Origin: Phoronis australis
Lineage: Eukaryota > Animalia > Phoronida
NCBI GenBank assembly: GCA_002633005.1
Contig: NMRA01000045.1
Coordinates: 167,456-231,455, forward strand
Direction of reading: 5' to 3'
DNA: 64,000 bases
Below, in pieces: positions 13,215 through 25,824 of this stretch. A program made the translations under genes and the position numbers. Below the pieces are notes generated by a model that saw nothing but the letters and a program-made list of their open reading frames with translations, did not search any database and was not told where the DNA came from. Within the stretch, counting starts at the first letter, position 1. The number at the start of each line of letters is the position of its first letter.

Positions 13215-13800
13215 TTTCAAGTGATATATATTTATTGAAGAATACACAGATCATACAAAGAAATAATGGCAAACCCAGAAATCGCGAAGCATTATATCTG
13301 GGTTGTAGACAATTCATAGATGAAAGTAATATACATAGAGGTATATACATTTAAGTAGTATCTAATATAAGTATTAAAATGTTTAGATATGCTATCACGA
13401 ACATATAAAAACAAAAATATGTACAAATAAATGTATGGAAATCAGAAGCAATAATGTTTATAAGCGATACATAAAAACATTGCTTAAGAGGAATTCATTG
13501 AGAACAAGGTCAAAGTTAGGACTACCACACAATAATAATGTAACTTTAGTAGGGATATTATTACAAGAATTGAGAGCATTTACAATTCATTGGTTTTCAT
13601 TGAGTGCACGAAAGAGCGAGTCTCTCAGGTATTCGATGAGGGGACATCTGAAGAAAACATGAGGATAAGATTGATGGTCATCACATTTACAGTTTGGAGA
13701 GACATTACTAAAGTTATGCCTAATCTTGTCGGAGTTGAAGAAAAGACCGCATCTTGATCTGTACAATACTGTTTCGTTTTCGCGGGGAAGGGGGAATTGA
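13215..13800 (-). mobile_element. CR1/L2-like LINE 3' fragment inserted in the Gypsy relic (second copy ~15480-16065)
   Basis: Minus strand gives NSDKIRHNFSNVSPNCKCDDHQSYPHVFFRCP and LLLCGSPNFDLVLNEFLL, then the ACCCAGA...TCTGGGT stem-loop, AATAAA and a short A tail. Confidence 0.6.
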
Positions 13801-14588
13801 ATCCAAAGGGCTGGTGATGGTGAAATTCAATAGGCATCAAAAGACGTATTCTACTATTGAGAAGGAGGCACGGTCATTATAACATTTTGATGCTTTGTAC
13901 TGCACAGAAGCTTCTGAATGTATACACCGATCACAATCCCTTGGTAATTTTATACAAAATGAAAAACAAGAACAGAATATTAATGAACTGGAGGTTACTT
14001 CTCCAAGAATATAATCTGAACTTTGTTCAAATTAAAGGCAAAGACAATGTGAATGCCGATTGTCCATCCCGATGTTGTTGTTTGCTTCAATTGTTTTAGC
14101 AAATTCAGTTATGCTTTAGCATAATGCTGTTGTAAAATTTTGTTCTATAGATCAAAGTTTTGTTTAGGGGAAGAGATGACGTTATGTAGAACGAGAAAAC
14201 GTGTACAGTGATTTAATGGTAGCCTGTAGCCTGTGGTAGCGTTTTGTCACGTGTGCGTTTTTGTTTTGGAAAAAGTAAATGCATTTACTTCAAGCTGACG
14301 CTTCGTCGTCTTGCTTTGTAACACAGCCTGTACATAGAGTGCTGAAAGACTCTTATGGGCAAAAAATGTGTCACACGTTTTCCCATCTAAGACAGCTCAT
14401 GACAGTGACTACTGTGGGAATACAAAAGCTAATAACCAATGCCCATCACCCACTAACAATGATGACATCATCGTTCTTGTAAGGTTCTGGATTCCGGTAA
14501 TAGTGACCAAATAGAACCATTCGTCTTGTTTAAGTGCAACTTGTCTGAAACACCAACACGTACTAATTGATAGTGTTAATACCAATGN

Positions 14589-16850
14589 GTGACTTAGTTG
14601 CGAAAGAAATTGAGTATATGATTGAAAATGACATTATGCAACCATCTCAGTCAGGCTGGAGTTCACCTTGTGTTATTGTTCTAAAACCTAACGTTCTATA
14701 TATACTACATCACTATATCACGTTCTATGTATACTACATAAGGTTAATGATATAACTACGACTGAAGCTTATCCCATTCCAAGAGTAGGCAATTGTATTC
14801 ATAAGGTTAGAAAAGCGATTTATGTTACAAAAATGGAATTGTTAAAGGGTTATTGGGGTGTACAATTAACGCATAGAGCTAGAGAAATGTCTGGGCGTTT
14901 GTAACACCATCTGGCATGTATGGATACAATGCCTTAACTTTTGGAATGAAGAATACCCCAGCTACATTTCAGAGAATGATCCACTACGCTATTCAAGGAC
15001 TAGGTGATACTGATGGTTACATTGATGACTTGGTGACTAGAAAGGGCTTTTGGGGGGAAACATTTGGCTGTATTAGAAAATTTGCTTGTAAAACTTTCTG
15101 AGGCAAGTTTGACGGTAAATTTAACCAAGAGTGAATTTGGATATGGCACTGTGACTTAGTTAGGTTGTGCTGTTGGTCAGGATGAGATAGATCCAGTGCA
15201 CTCAAACACCATTTTCTGGGCCAACAGACGAGCACGATCTCAAAAGATTTTTTTGGAATGACTGGCTATTTTAGAAAGTTTTGCAGAGACTTTGCTGATG
15301 TTACATTGTCCTTAAATAATACGTTGAGAAGAACTGACAGAACTGTTTCGTAGGTTAAACATTGTCAGCGATATTGTAACTATTTAAAGACATGTTTTGC
15401 CCTGTTTTCATCTGAATTTAATGATCCATTCTCACCAGCCGCAAAGCGATAGCGGGGACTACTTGTCCAAAGGGTTTTTTCAAGTGATATATATTTATTG
15501 AAGAATACACAGAACATACAAAGAAATAATGGCAAACCCAGAAATCGCGAAGCATTATATCTGGGTTGTAGACAATTCATAGATGAAAGTAATATACATA
15601 GAGGTATATACATTTAAGTAGTATCTAATATAAGTATAACAATATTTAGATATGCTATCACGAACATATAAAAACAAAAATATGTACAAATAAATGTATG
15701 GAAATCAGAAGCAATAATATTTATAAGCGATACATAAAAACGTTGCTTAAGAGGAATTCATTGAGAACAAGGTCAAAGTTGGGACAACCATACAATAATA
15801 ATGTAACTTTAGTAGGGATATTATTACAAGAATTGAGAGCATTAACAATTCATTGGTTTTCATTAAAGTGCACGAAAGAGCGGGTCTCTCAGGTATTCGA
15901 TGAGGGGACATCTGAAGAAAATATGAGGATAAGATTGATGGTCACCACATTTACAGTTTGGAGAGACATTACTAAAGTTATGCCTAAACTTGTCGGAGTT
16001 GAAGAAAAGACCGCATCTTGATCTGTACAATACTATTTTGTTTTCGCGGGGAAGGGGAAATTGAATCCAAAGGGCTGGTGATGGTGAAATTCAATAGGCA
16101 TCAAAAGGCGTATTCTACTATTGAGAAGGAGGCACGTCATTACAACATTTTGATGCTTTGTACTGCACCAAATCTTCTGAATGTATACACCGACCACATT
16201 CCCTTGGTAATTTTATATAAAATGAAGAACAAGAACAGAATATTAATGAACTGGAGGTTACTTCTCCAAGAATATAATCTGAACATTGTTCACATTTAGG
16301 GCAAAGACAATGTGATTGCCGATTGTCCATCCCGATGTCGTTGTTTGCTTCAATTGTTTTAGCAAATTCAGTTATGCTTTAGCTTAATGCTGTTGTAAAA
16401 TTTTGTTCTATAGATCAAAGTTTTGTTTAGTGGAAGAGATGACGTTATGTAGAACGGGAAAACGTGTACAGTGATTTAATGGTAACCTGAAGCCTGTGGT
16501 AGCGTTTTGTCACGTGTGCGTTTTTGTTTTGGAAAAAGTAAATGCATTTACTTCAAGCTGACGCTTCGTCGTCTTGCTTTGTAACACAGCCTGTACGTAG
16601 AGTGCTGAAAGACTCTTATGGGCAAAAAATGTGTCACACGTTTTCCCATCTAAGACAGCTCATGACAGTGACTACTGTGGGAATACAAAAGCTAATAACC
16701 AATGCCCACCACCCACAAACAATGATGACATCATCGTTCTTGTAAGGTTATGGATTCCGGTAATAGTGACCAAATAGAACCATTCGTCTGGTTTAAGTGC
16801 AACTCGTCTGAAAAGTCAACACGTACTAATTGATAGTGTTAATGCCAATG
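14589..16850 (+). repeat. Near-identical tandem copy of 11981-14587, probably an uncollapsed haplotype
   Basis: Begins immediately after the single N at 14588; identical ORFs recur (12308/14916, 12409/15017); differs by scattered SNPs and one ~350 bp indel. Confidence 0.9.
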
Positions 16851-16909
16851 ACTAATCACTTCAATCATGCAGTGCCGTACTGAAACAGATTAGTCACCAG
16901 TATACCAAC

Positions 16910-18570
16910 TTAGTCATGACGACAACAACAGCAAAGACACCTGAAAAAGTCTCTGAACCTCTGTCCGAAGGATTTTCTTCGAGGGCGATATCTTACACCA
17001 CACCCAGGCGACCGGAATACCCTGGGAGAAATATGTTCTTGACATATATCTCTCCTGCTTATGGGGTACACATTTCGATCGGTTGTGTCCCGGACGTTAT
17101 TATGATAGCGAGTGTCCGGTCTGACCGGCGTGTTCGATCTATAAAAACTTGTTACACAAGAAGCCCTGCCGTCTGCTTCTCTCGGTATGCTGCCAGACGC
17201 AGCTGCGCATGCGCTTTTTATTCCAACGCTTACAGCACCATCGCAATCATTCACAGATTCACCGATTGTTGTTACGTGACCGCTCACGCCGATGCGCCCA
17301 AAGCGAGAGCTGTGAACATTTCGATTGGTTGTGTTCTGGACGTTATTACGATAGCGAGTGTCCGGTCTAACCGGCATGTTCGATCTAGAAGAACTTGTTA
17401 AACCATTAGCCCTGTCGTCTGCTTCTTTCGGTATGCTGCCAGACGCAGCTGCGCATGCGCTTTTCGTTCCAACGCTTTCAGTAGTGTGGTAATCTCTTAC
17501 AGATTCGCCGATAGTTGTTTTGTGATCGCTCCCGCTGATTTGTCCAAAACGAGAGTGGTAACTAATACTCCAGGGATCTGAAACTGTTGCGATACATACT
17601 GAAGGTTGCATTTCATTGATGGTAGCAACATTTTGCTCAGTTCCAATCGTGGTAGTGGTGTTTCTTTGTGAAGTAGGACGGGTTTTTCTGATTTGAAGAT
17701 TTGCGTCCGCAAAGCTTGGACCTTGGTCTCGTGACTGATTGTTTTCCCTTTCTCCACGTCCACCTTTGGATCCAAAACTTCCTGCCAATGAATTCGACCG
17801 TAATGACTTCTCAAGATCGGTCCTGTGGATTGTCTCACCAACCCGTTCACTTTTGCCTGAACAGAGGAATTCATCATGCCGTTTTACTCTGTCTCCTTTG
17901 CTGATGTTACAATCGACACAATGCCTATTTTTCGGAAGACCCGTGGGTCTTGCTGTACCTGTCGATGTTACCTCCTCAAATGTCGCTCCGAGTTCAATGG
18001 CTCTTCTCAAATTAATGCTTTCCGTGTAAAACAATTCAACCCAAATTTTATTAATAACGTCCCACGTCCCATCCCGGGCATCAGCATAGACTCGCTTTAT
18101 GAATGGGTTGTTACGTGTATTCAAGTTGACCAAATAATGATAGCAAAATTTGTCGGCAACTGAATTAGGTTTTGTCATTACTACAGTAACGTAGTGCGGG
18201 CCGTTTTTCTTCAAACAATAGAAGTCTACAAAGTACAAGTTGCACTCGTTTATAAAACATGTGGTTGGTATGAATAAGCGCGTGTCACCAATTGGTGATG
18301 TTGGTGGAAATCTGTTTTTCCGGGAAGCAAACGGATTGTTAACAGAGAAAAATGTACCCGTTATCCTGCTATTAATAGGAGAATCTTTGTCACCACTGTT
18401 GTCCTTCAATCGAGGTTCTATAACCCCGGTGGAAGATAAGATGAAGTCGAAGACTGCCTTTGGTTGGTTGCGATAAAAAATGTTCACATTTTGCCAACAG
18501 CAATGCTTTTTCTTGATCATTAACCTTGCTTTTTCATACAGTTCCTCAACTTTTCTTCTTTGTTGCTCCA
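16910..18570 (-). CDS. PHYHIP/PHYHIPL-like protein, main coding exon (PHYHIP C-terminal domain plus repetitive tail)
   Basis: Motifs FYRNQP, PRLKDNSGDKDSPINSRITGTFFS, PPTSPIGDTRL, LYFVDFYC, HYVTVVMTKPNSVADKFC, NNPF, WVELFYTESINL are characteristic of the PHYHIP family. Splice acceptor TTTAATTTTTCAG ends at 18571 (phase 1); stop at 16910-16912. Confidence 0.9.
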
Positions 18571-20117
18571 CTGAAAAATTAAATTCGTAAACGTAACCGA
18601 TATGGCAAACAAGCAAAGGAAAACTTTGACATCGCTTTGTTATATTTCATCGGGATATTTCGTGGTTTTCACACTTAAGATGTGCGTAGATCGGACATGT
18701 CTCCTTTCAATCGATCTACTGATAACTAAAAGAATTTGGATTGGAAACTGAAAGCATAAAAATGGAGCAAACTAATATTGCTGTAATATCTAATGCAGCT
18801 GCGAGCAAGTAATATCGTGCTACTAGCGATTCCACTGCGGACACTTCCGCAAGTGTCCCTATTCCCGAGGTGGTTTTGCGTCCAAAAGAAGCTCTCTTGA
18901 GGCGCTTTTGAAAAAGGGATGAATCTCTATCGGAAACTACACGTGGTGCCGATCGCAGCACCCTGATTGGTCATAGACAAGAAATATTTGCTAGTCTCAC
19001 TTCGTCAGCAATTAATTTACTACAGGAGAAGGCCGGTGACGCATTTTGTTGACAAATTATCAACTTGATATGTTCTAACGTCCTTTTATAAACCACATTG
19101 CCAACGAACCTACAGGAGAGCACTACCTCAACCGGTGTCGATAGTGAGGTTGTGAGAATCTTTACATGAGTGCTGTACGTGACTTTTATGAACAATTCTG
19201 CCAAACGCACCATAACTTGCAAACAGGGATGCTGTTATTGTTCATGATTACCGTACGGTAATTCGTAACCTGTACGTGTGCAAACTTCAGTCGTACAGCA
19301 AATCAGGAGGGGATTACATTTTGTGGAATTTCGGAAGTGTGACCCCGCCCCCCAATAATTGTCAACTAGCTGGGCAAAGAAATACTTGGGCAAGGACAGA
19401 AAAGCTGGGAAAAGAGGTTTATTCCAATCAGATTTTACAAATTTGAGTGTTTTTGAAAGATATGGTTTCATGGGGAATCTGCCAGTTTGTGACAAATTTG
19501 CCCTCACTACCCTTTAATTGCAGGTTTTGTAATCAATACTTAAGTTTTGCTGTCATTCTCTCACGATGGATTTTTTTCATGCAGTATTTTACGTAAAGAT
19601 GAAAGAAGTATAACTGTGAATTTTTCCGTTGAAGTAATCCAATTGGTTCACACATTTATCATGTTTAAGAAGGAATGCTAATACGCCGTATTAAAAAACA
19701 GAGGTGTCTGTTACAAAAATGAATCGCGTTTTCATATACGGTACTCAATAGAATTTTAAAAGTAATCAACTGGTTTTAGTGCCAAAAACGCATTTTGGGG
19801 TTAATTGCTGGGTACTAGGATAGGATTCTGGCAAAATCCATTATGTTCTTTCAATTTTATTAGAAATCACCGATTTCCAACGTTGGCTTCCTGACATTCG
19901 GTAGAATTAACTGAAATTGAGACTGGTGACCTTATCAGATAAATGGGTTCAGCAAAATACTCGGCTACTTTGCACAGCAACGTGAACTCGAGTTGTCGTT
20001 TGTGGTAATTTGTTCGATTTTGTGTGGGGAACAAATCAGCATAACATAGATATATTATTTCACCCAGAGTGTCGTTGACGTCACAAGATGTAGTGTGAAC
20101 TAAAATCTCTTGGTGCG

Positions 20118-21103
20118 CCTATAATAGGCGCATCGGAGCATCACATGCGCCTCAATTATTGCGGAACTTAGTCGTATGCACGTATATGCGTTCTTCCTAA
20201 CTAGTGCTCCTATAAACCCGTTTTCCTTCACAAAAGCAACATTTGATTTATACCACTTGCCGTCTCAAATTGTTCCTTGGTAAAATTAGAGGTGATTCCA
20301 GTGGTTCAAAACTAGTTCTTCAGAATCGGCTTGTCACGGCGTGTCATTTTGTGCAACGACGTGGAATAAGGAATTGTCATTTCTTTGCTAACCCAGAACT
20401 CATTTGTCATTCAAAGTAGGATACGAGTTGAGACCGTATTTATAGCGGAGAGTAATCTAAATAAAAAACACGCTTTTTGGGCGGAATGCGGGTTTGTCGC
20501 TTTGTGGAAATAAGATGAAAACGTAAATTATAAGTAATTTAGTCGAGTGCCACTGAACTACTTGTGATGGAGTCTGTGGGGATACCATATTTATTGAACT
20601 TTTCCCTTTNCCTATAATAGGCGCATCGGAGCATCACATGCGCCTCAATTATTGCGGAACTTAGTCGTATGCACGTATATGCGTTCTTCCTAACTAGTGC
20701 TCCTATAAACCCGTTTTCCTTCACAAAAGCAACATTTGATTTATACCACTTGCCGTCTCAAATTGTTCCTTGGTAAAATTAGAGGTGATTCCAGTGGTTC
20801 AAAACTAGTTCTTCAGAATCGGCTTGTCACGGCGTGTCATTTTGTGCAACGACGTGGAATAAGGAATTGTCATTTCTTTGCTAACCCAGAACTCATTTGT
20901 CATTCAAAGTAGGATACGAGTTGAGACCGTATTTATAGCGGAGAGTAATCTAAATAAAAAACACGCTTTTTGTACGGAATGCGGGTTTGTCGCTTTTGTG
21001 GAAATAAGATGAAAACGTAAATTATAAGTAATTTAGTCGAGTGCCACTGAACTACCTGTGATGGAGTCTGTGGGGATACCATATTGATTGAACTTTTCCC
21101 TTT
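20118..21103. repeat. ~490 bp tandem duplication split by a single N (likely contig-overlap artefact)
   Basis: 20118-20609 is repeated at 20611-21103 with only a few differences; N at 20610. Confidence 0.9.
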
Positions 21104-21199
21104 CCCCGGCCGTCGCCACAAATTTTAATTTGTTGCACACCAAATACATGTACAGGCATGTGTGCCTGTGTTCCATTGGAAATTGTGTGTGGGGGGATT

Positions 21200-24060
21200 T
21201 TAATTATTTTTGTTATTAGTATTATTTTTTTAACTTTTTCGTTTTTTATACATTTATTGGCAATGAAAAAATATTTTCAATACCACAAACGCAAGAACAT
21301 CACAGACACAGACATACACACACACACACGCACACACACACACCCACACGCTTGCCCCACAACTTATCTTCTTGACTACTAAGAAAAACCGTTTCAAAGT
21401 TACACCATCTATTTCGTACAAATTCTGAATTCAAACCCTTAAGAGCATTATACTTTTCACTCATGCAATATTCTTTGATGAAGTTAAAAAATCTACTGAG
21501 AAGTAATCTTTTAGATCCGAACTCTTGGGTAAAAATAAACTGCTTACCCAATAATAAAACCATGTTTTTAAAAATTTCCTTTTTATCAAAAAAGCCAAAA
21601 ATAACGTTGTTGCAGGATAGAGTGCCGACACACTGGGGATTTGCTTTGTTTCCGTTATTAACTTTTGTCCAAAATGAATTTATTGTTTCACATTCCCAAA
21701 ATAAGTGTCTCAAAGTCTCTTTCGATTGTCCACAAAAGGAACAAGAGTCGTCATCCGTAACTTGAATTATTTTTTAAAATGAGTTAGTAGTCAAACTTCT
21801 CGTCAAGAGTCTGAACTGAAGCCACCTAATTCTTAGGTCTCTTGTTGTGTTATATAGAAGGGAATAAATATCTTCCCATGAAAAATTATTTGTATTTACG
21901 TTCAGTTCTTTGGCCCATTTTGACTCCGCTTTTGAGACTTCGGAACTATAACTTAATTGTGTACAGATATGTTGACACCCTCTCTCACCACTTTTCAGTT
22001 TCATTAAAATCGTTCGCATAACAGGACAATAGGCATCAAAACTAACAACTCTATCAAGAGCACATTTCTGTTGGTACTTAAATATCACTGAAATTATACT
22101 ATTATACTCCATAAAGTTCATTTTGATACCTAAAACTTCCACAATAAATCTTTAGTTCAAAATATTACAGTCTGAGGAAAACAAGTGCTTTATAAAGACT
22201 ATGCCTCTGTTGCACCAGTTCCTGTAGAAAATACTGTTTGATCCTGCCTGCAGGTCACTGCTAAACCAAAGGTTGGTTAAGAAAATCTACCTGATTTCTG
22301 ATCTTCAAACAATTTCCAAAGTAGATAACACATTCAAAAAAATCTTTCCAGAAGTGATTGTCAGTATTAGGCAACTTTATTTTGAGAAAGTCAACTCCAT
22401 ACTTGGCGAGATTTCTAAGTTCAGGAAAAATCAAATGAAACAAACAGGCAGTGTTAGACTGATCGTTTACAAATTTTTTTAACATGTTAATCTTTCCTTA
22501 CAGAATGAAAATATGTTGATCACTATGGTACCTCCTTCATTATAGTTACAAACAGCTCGGGAGCGCTTAATTTTGTCACTGCGACCTTGCCAGAGGAATT
22601 TAAAAAACATTGAGTTCAGTTTTTCTAGAATATGTTTCGAAGGCTGTGGCAAGGATACCATAAGATGTGCAATTTTTGAAACCGCTAGCGCCTTGATTAC
22701 TGTAATCCTCCCGAAAGGTGTCAAAATTCTTTTGGACCACTTTTTCAAAATTAATTCAATATCTTTCAATTTCGCCAAGTAATTCTGGTCTGCCATATCA
22801 TGTAAGCTGACTTGGAAATTAATCCCCAAGAACATGAAATTTGTTTTGGTCCATGATAACTGTTCTCTGACAGGAAATTTGTCAGCACTGTTCGCCCTGC
22901 TGCCAAACCAAATGGCTTTTGTTTTGTCTACATTGACCCTGAAGCCGGAGAAATGAGCAAACAGATTTAGAACATTTAAAGTAGACCGTAAAGACAACTC
23001 TGAGCCATCTAAAATAGTAGAAGTGTTATCAGCATATTGAGTTAGTAAGTACTCGCGATCCACAATTTTGATTCCATTTGTATTTTTGTTGTGTCTGATC
23101 ATGAGAGCCAAATTTTCCGCACAAATTATAAATAGATAAGGAGGTAATGGATCACCTTGTCTGACTCCTTTCTGAATATTTAACCAACGAGAAGGTTGGC
23201 CATTAATGATAACACATGAGTTGATATTTTTGTAGAAAACTTTGACCCATCTCTTAATTGACCACCCAAAATTAAAAAAGATAAAAAGCTTTTTCATTAA
23301 AACTCCAAGACAAGGAGTCAAAGGCTTTTTCAAAATCTATAAGAAGTAGTAGCCCAGGTGTTTGAATCTTCTGGGAATAATAGAACAGATCGTATAGCAC
23401 ACGAATGTTATCAGCCAAGTTCCTTCCCGGAATGCAGCCACTCTGATCCTCATGAATAATTTTCCCTAGCACAGACTTAATGCGTTCCGCAATTGCTGCA
23501 GACGCGATTTTGTAGGTTACATTGAGAAGAGAAGTAGGACGCCAGTTTTTTAGAAATTGTTTACTTTTGTCTGCACTTTTGGGAATACATGTAATAACAC
23601 CATCTTTCTGAGTGGATGGTAGTTGACCCACACCGAAGCTGGTATTTATAGATCGGAGTACAAAAATACCTATATCATCCCAAAAGAATCTAAAAAATTC
23701 AATGGTAAACCCATTAGAACCAGGATTCTTATTGTTTTTCTTCTTTTTTTTCAAGCATTTGGTGATTTCCTCATAGGTCAAAGACCTTGAAGTTTGTTTT
23801 TTCTCATTTTCATCGAGCCTAGGACATATTATCTCTTCTAAGAAACCGCCTAAATTATCATCAGTAGTTGTCCTAGCTCTAAAGAGATTTTCATAAAAGA
23901 GGGAAGTCTCCTGTATAATTTCAGACTCAATACCTGTTTTTGTATTATCTGACTTCCACAGGAAGGGCATGTATTCACTTGTAAAATGTCTATTTTCTAA
24001 GGGTTAAAAATATTTGGAGGGCACTTCTTCCTCTACCCATCTCGCTTTGGACCTGACAAT
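21200..24060 (-). mobile_element. 5'-truncated L1/Tx1-clade LINE, frameshifted ORF2
   Basis: RT motifs KNWRPTSLLNVTYKI, IDFEKAFDSLSW, GVRQGDPLPPYLF, QYADNT; C-terminal zinc knuckle CSFCGQSKETLRHLFWEC; 3' (TG)n tract, AATAAA and A-rich tail at ~21200-21257. Confidence 0.92.
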
Positions 24061-25331
24061 ATTGCCATACATTCGTTGTTTCCTCAACGATTTTAAAGTT
24101 AATAGTCACTGTGGGTTTGACAGGAAAAGCGAGGTTCAATAATCTTAAACATTCGCTATGATAGTACAAGGAAACAACTGTGTCAGTAAATGGACTATGC
24201 AATGACTCCTCCCTTGATCATTCTGTCGGTTGATGTTTAGCAGAACGGCAATGTACCGTTTTAATTTCACTCTGAAGTATTTGCTGTCTGCAATCACAAA
24301 ACACAGCCAAATCCGTTAACTTTAAATGCGAGTCCAATTTATTTGAATAGTTGCAAACTGTACATAGGCTTCAGTTTTCGCAGCCCTCTACTTGGTCGGT
24401 TGCAATCAAATCGATTTTTCTAAGAAAATCGTCTGATTTTTTTTATTTACGTCATCAGGGCGCGGTGTCACGTGATGTTTATAAGGTATGATCCGATCAG
24501 CACACTTGTCTAGCTCTATATCAAAGATTTTATAGTATCTTTGGTTATATGTTACAAATGACCAAGCACCATTTCTGTGCCGACCTAGACTCTGGAGCTG
24601 CTGACGTCACACTGCAGCTTCTAGATCAATTCTTAGGATTTAGAATTTACTGAAGCAAACTAGATGGGTCGAAAGTATAGCGGACGTTGAGGTAGGTCCC
24701 GAATGCTGGGAGTCCTATAACAGCATTTGAGAGGATGACCTTTCTTTCCCTGATAAATGGTATATACAAGCGGCATAATCGAACCATCCTTGCGACGGTT
24801 GTGGATAAAAAATGCCCAACTAAAATCTGACTCAAAATTAATGTATTCTCTTCCTGAGAAACTTAATTGATTAACAGTGCTAAAATTGGTTTCATATTTG
24901 TTATTTAAGTATTTGGTGTCATTACCAAGTTTTCTTCGGAGACGAGTGAGTTTTGCTCACCAAGGCGGTTGGGTACGATAAGCCTTGGCTGGTGTCTGCA
25001 TTACAGGTTTTGAACCCGATCTCTAAGCGGGAGACAGCTATTACATTACTTTCCACTGTTAAATTTTAAATTCGCGCTTTCACGGATGCGACAAAGTTGT
25101 TTTTGCTTTCGAATAAAAGAAATGCGTTCCACCAACTTCGAATGAAAAACTATCCAGTTACGAGTGGGGTTATACTAAGTAGAGGAGTAAAAGTCAAGGA
25201 ACTAGCGCTATGCGTTCTGCATGTAAACTGCTTTCTAGAGAACCCCATCTGTATCGTGTGCGTAATTAAATTAGGTGCAACACCATAATCCTGACAGACC
25301 CAACTGAATTACGTCAAATCATCTCTTTTGG

Positions 25332-25341
25332 TCTCGCGAGA
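25332..25341. promoter_or_regulatory. TCTCGCGAGA palindrome (known metazoan promoter motif)
   Basis: Exact match, ~460 bp into the putative first intron of the PHYHIP-like gene; function is inferred only. Confidence 0.3.
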
Positions 25342-25799
25342 ATCTTAGCTATATGAATGCAACCAGCAAACCTATGTTTTTAGCAAACTTTGCTTCGGCG
25401 AAGCTTTAATCACCTCCTGAAAGATGCCGCAAAAATAGTAAATTGCACGTTTGCGTGTCACAAGCGCACTGTTTTCGAGATGATGACGGCCGTCTCACAC
25501 AAGGGCCTTCTTGTATTGGTAAATATCTCAAACTGTTTCACAAATCATAACTAACAAAGGTGTCACCAGGGACGATTAAACTATAAACGTCACACGTCTC
25601 TTCTTAAGAACCCTGGAATTGCTAATAACAAGTAGAAATTGTCGATTTTACGAGGTGCAAGGTATCTTACCGAAAGCCATGATTGCTTTCTGAGCTCTTT
25701 ATTTTAAAAAATAAGCAAAATCCAAGTATTATTTCAGATCCAGTAGCATTCGTACCAAAGTGACCTCTATTTAAACAGAAAAATGACACTTAAACTCAC

Positions 25800-25824
25800 C
25801 GAGTACGTCACTGTCGTCTGCCAT
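25800..25824 (-). CDS. Probable first coding exon of the PHYHIP-like gene (MADDSDVL + G)
   Basis: AAAAATGGCA start context, 25 coding nt then strong donor GTGAGT; phase 1 matches the acceptor at 18571 (G|TG = Val, giving MADDSDVLVEQQRRK). Lies in a CpG-rich patch. Confidence 0.6.

Larger units (their letters stand above)
11090..14100 (+). mobile_element. Degenerate Ty3/Gypsy LTR retrotransposon pol, Gmr1-like order IN-RT-RNaseH, interrupted by LINE fragments
   Basis: Integrase core SPAYYPKSQGALERF..TLKIMMRTYC and SFELIFEHNVRGPL at 11116-11350; RT motifs QPSQSGWSSPCVIVLKP, FGMKNTPATFQRMI, GYIDDLV at 12030-12430; RNase H YSTIEKE, VYTDHNPL, IKGKDNVNADCPSR at 13845-14075. Many frameshifts. Confidence 0.85.

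Noticed and set aside
14165-14300. Possible 3' LTR after a purine tract
   Set aside because: No matching 5' LTR in the window and no clear TG...CA boundaries.
16916-18476. Plus-strand ORFs overlapping the PHYHIP-like exon
   Set aside because: Antisense shadows of the real coding strand.
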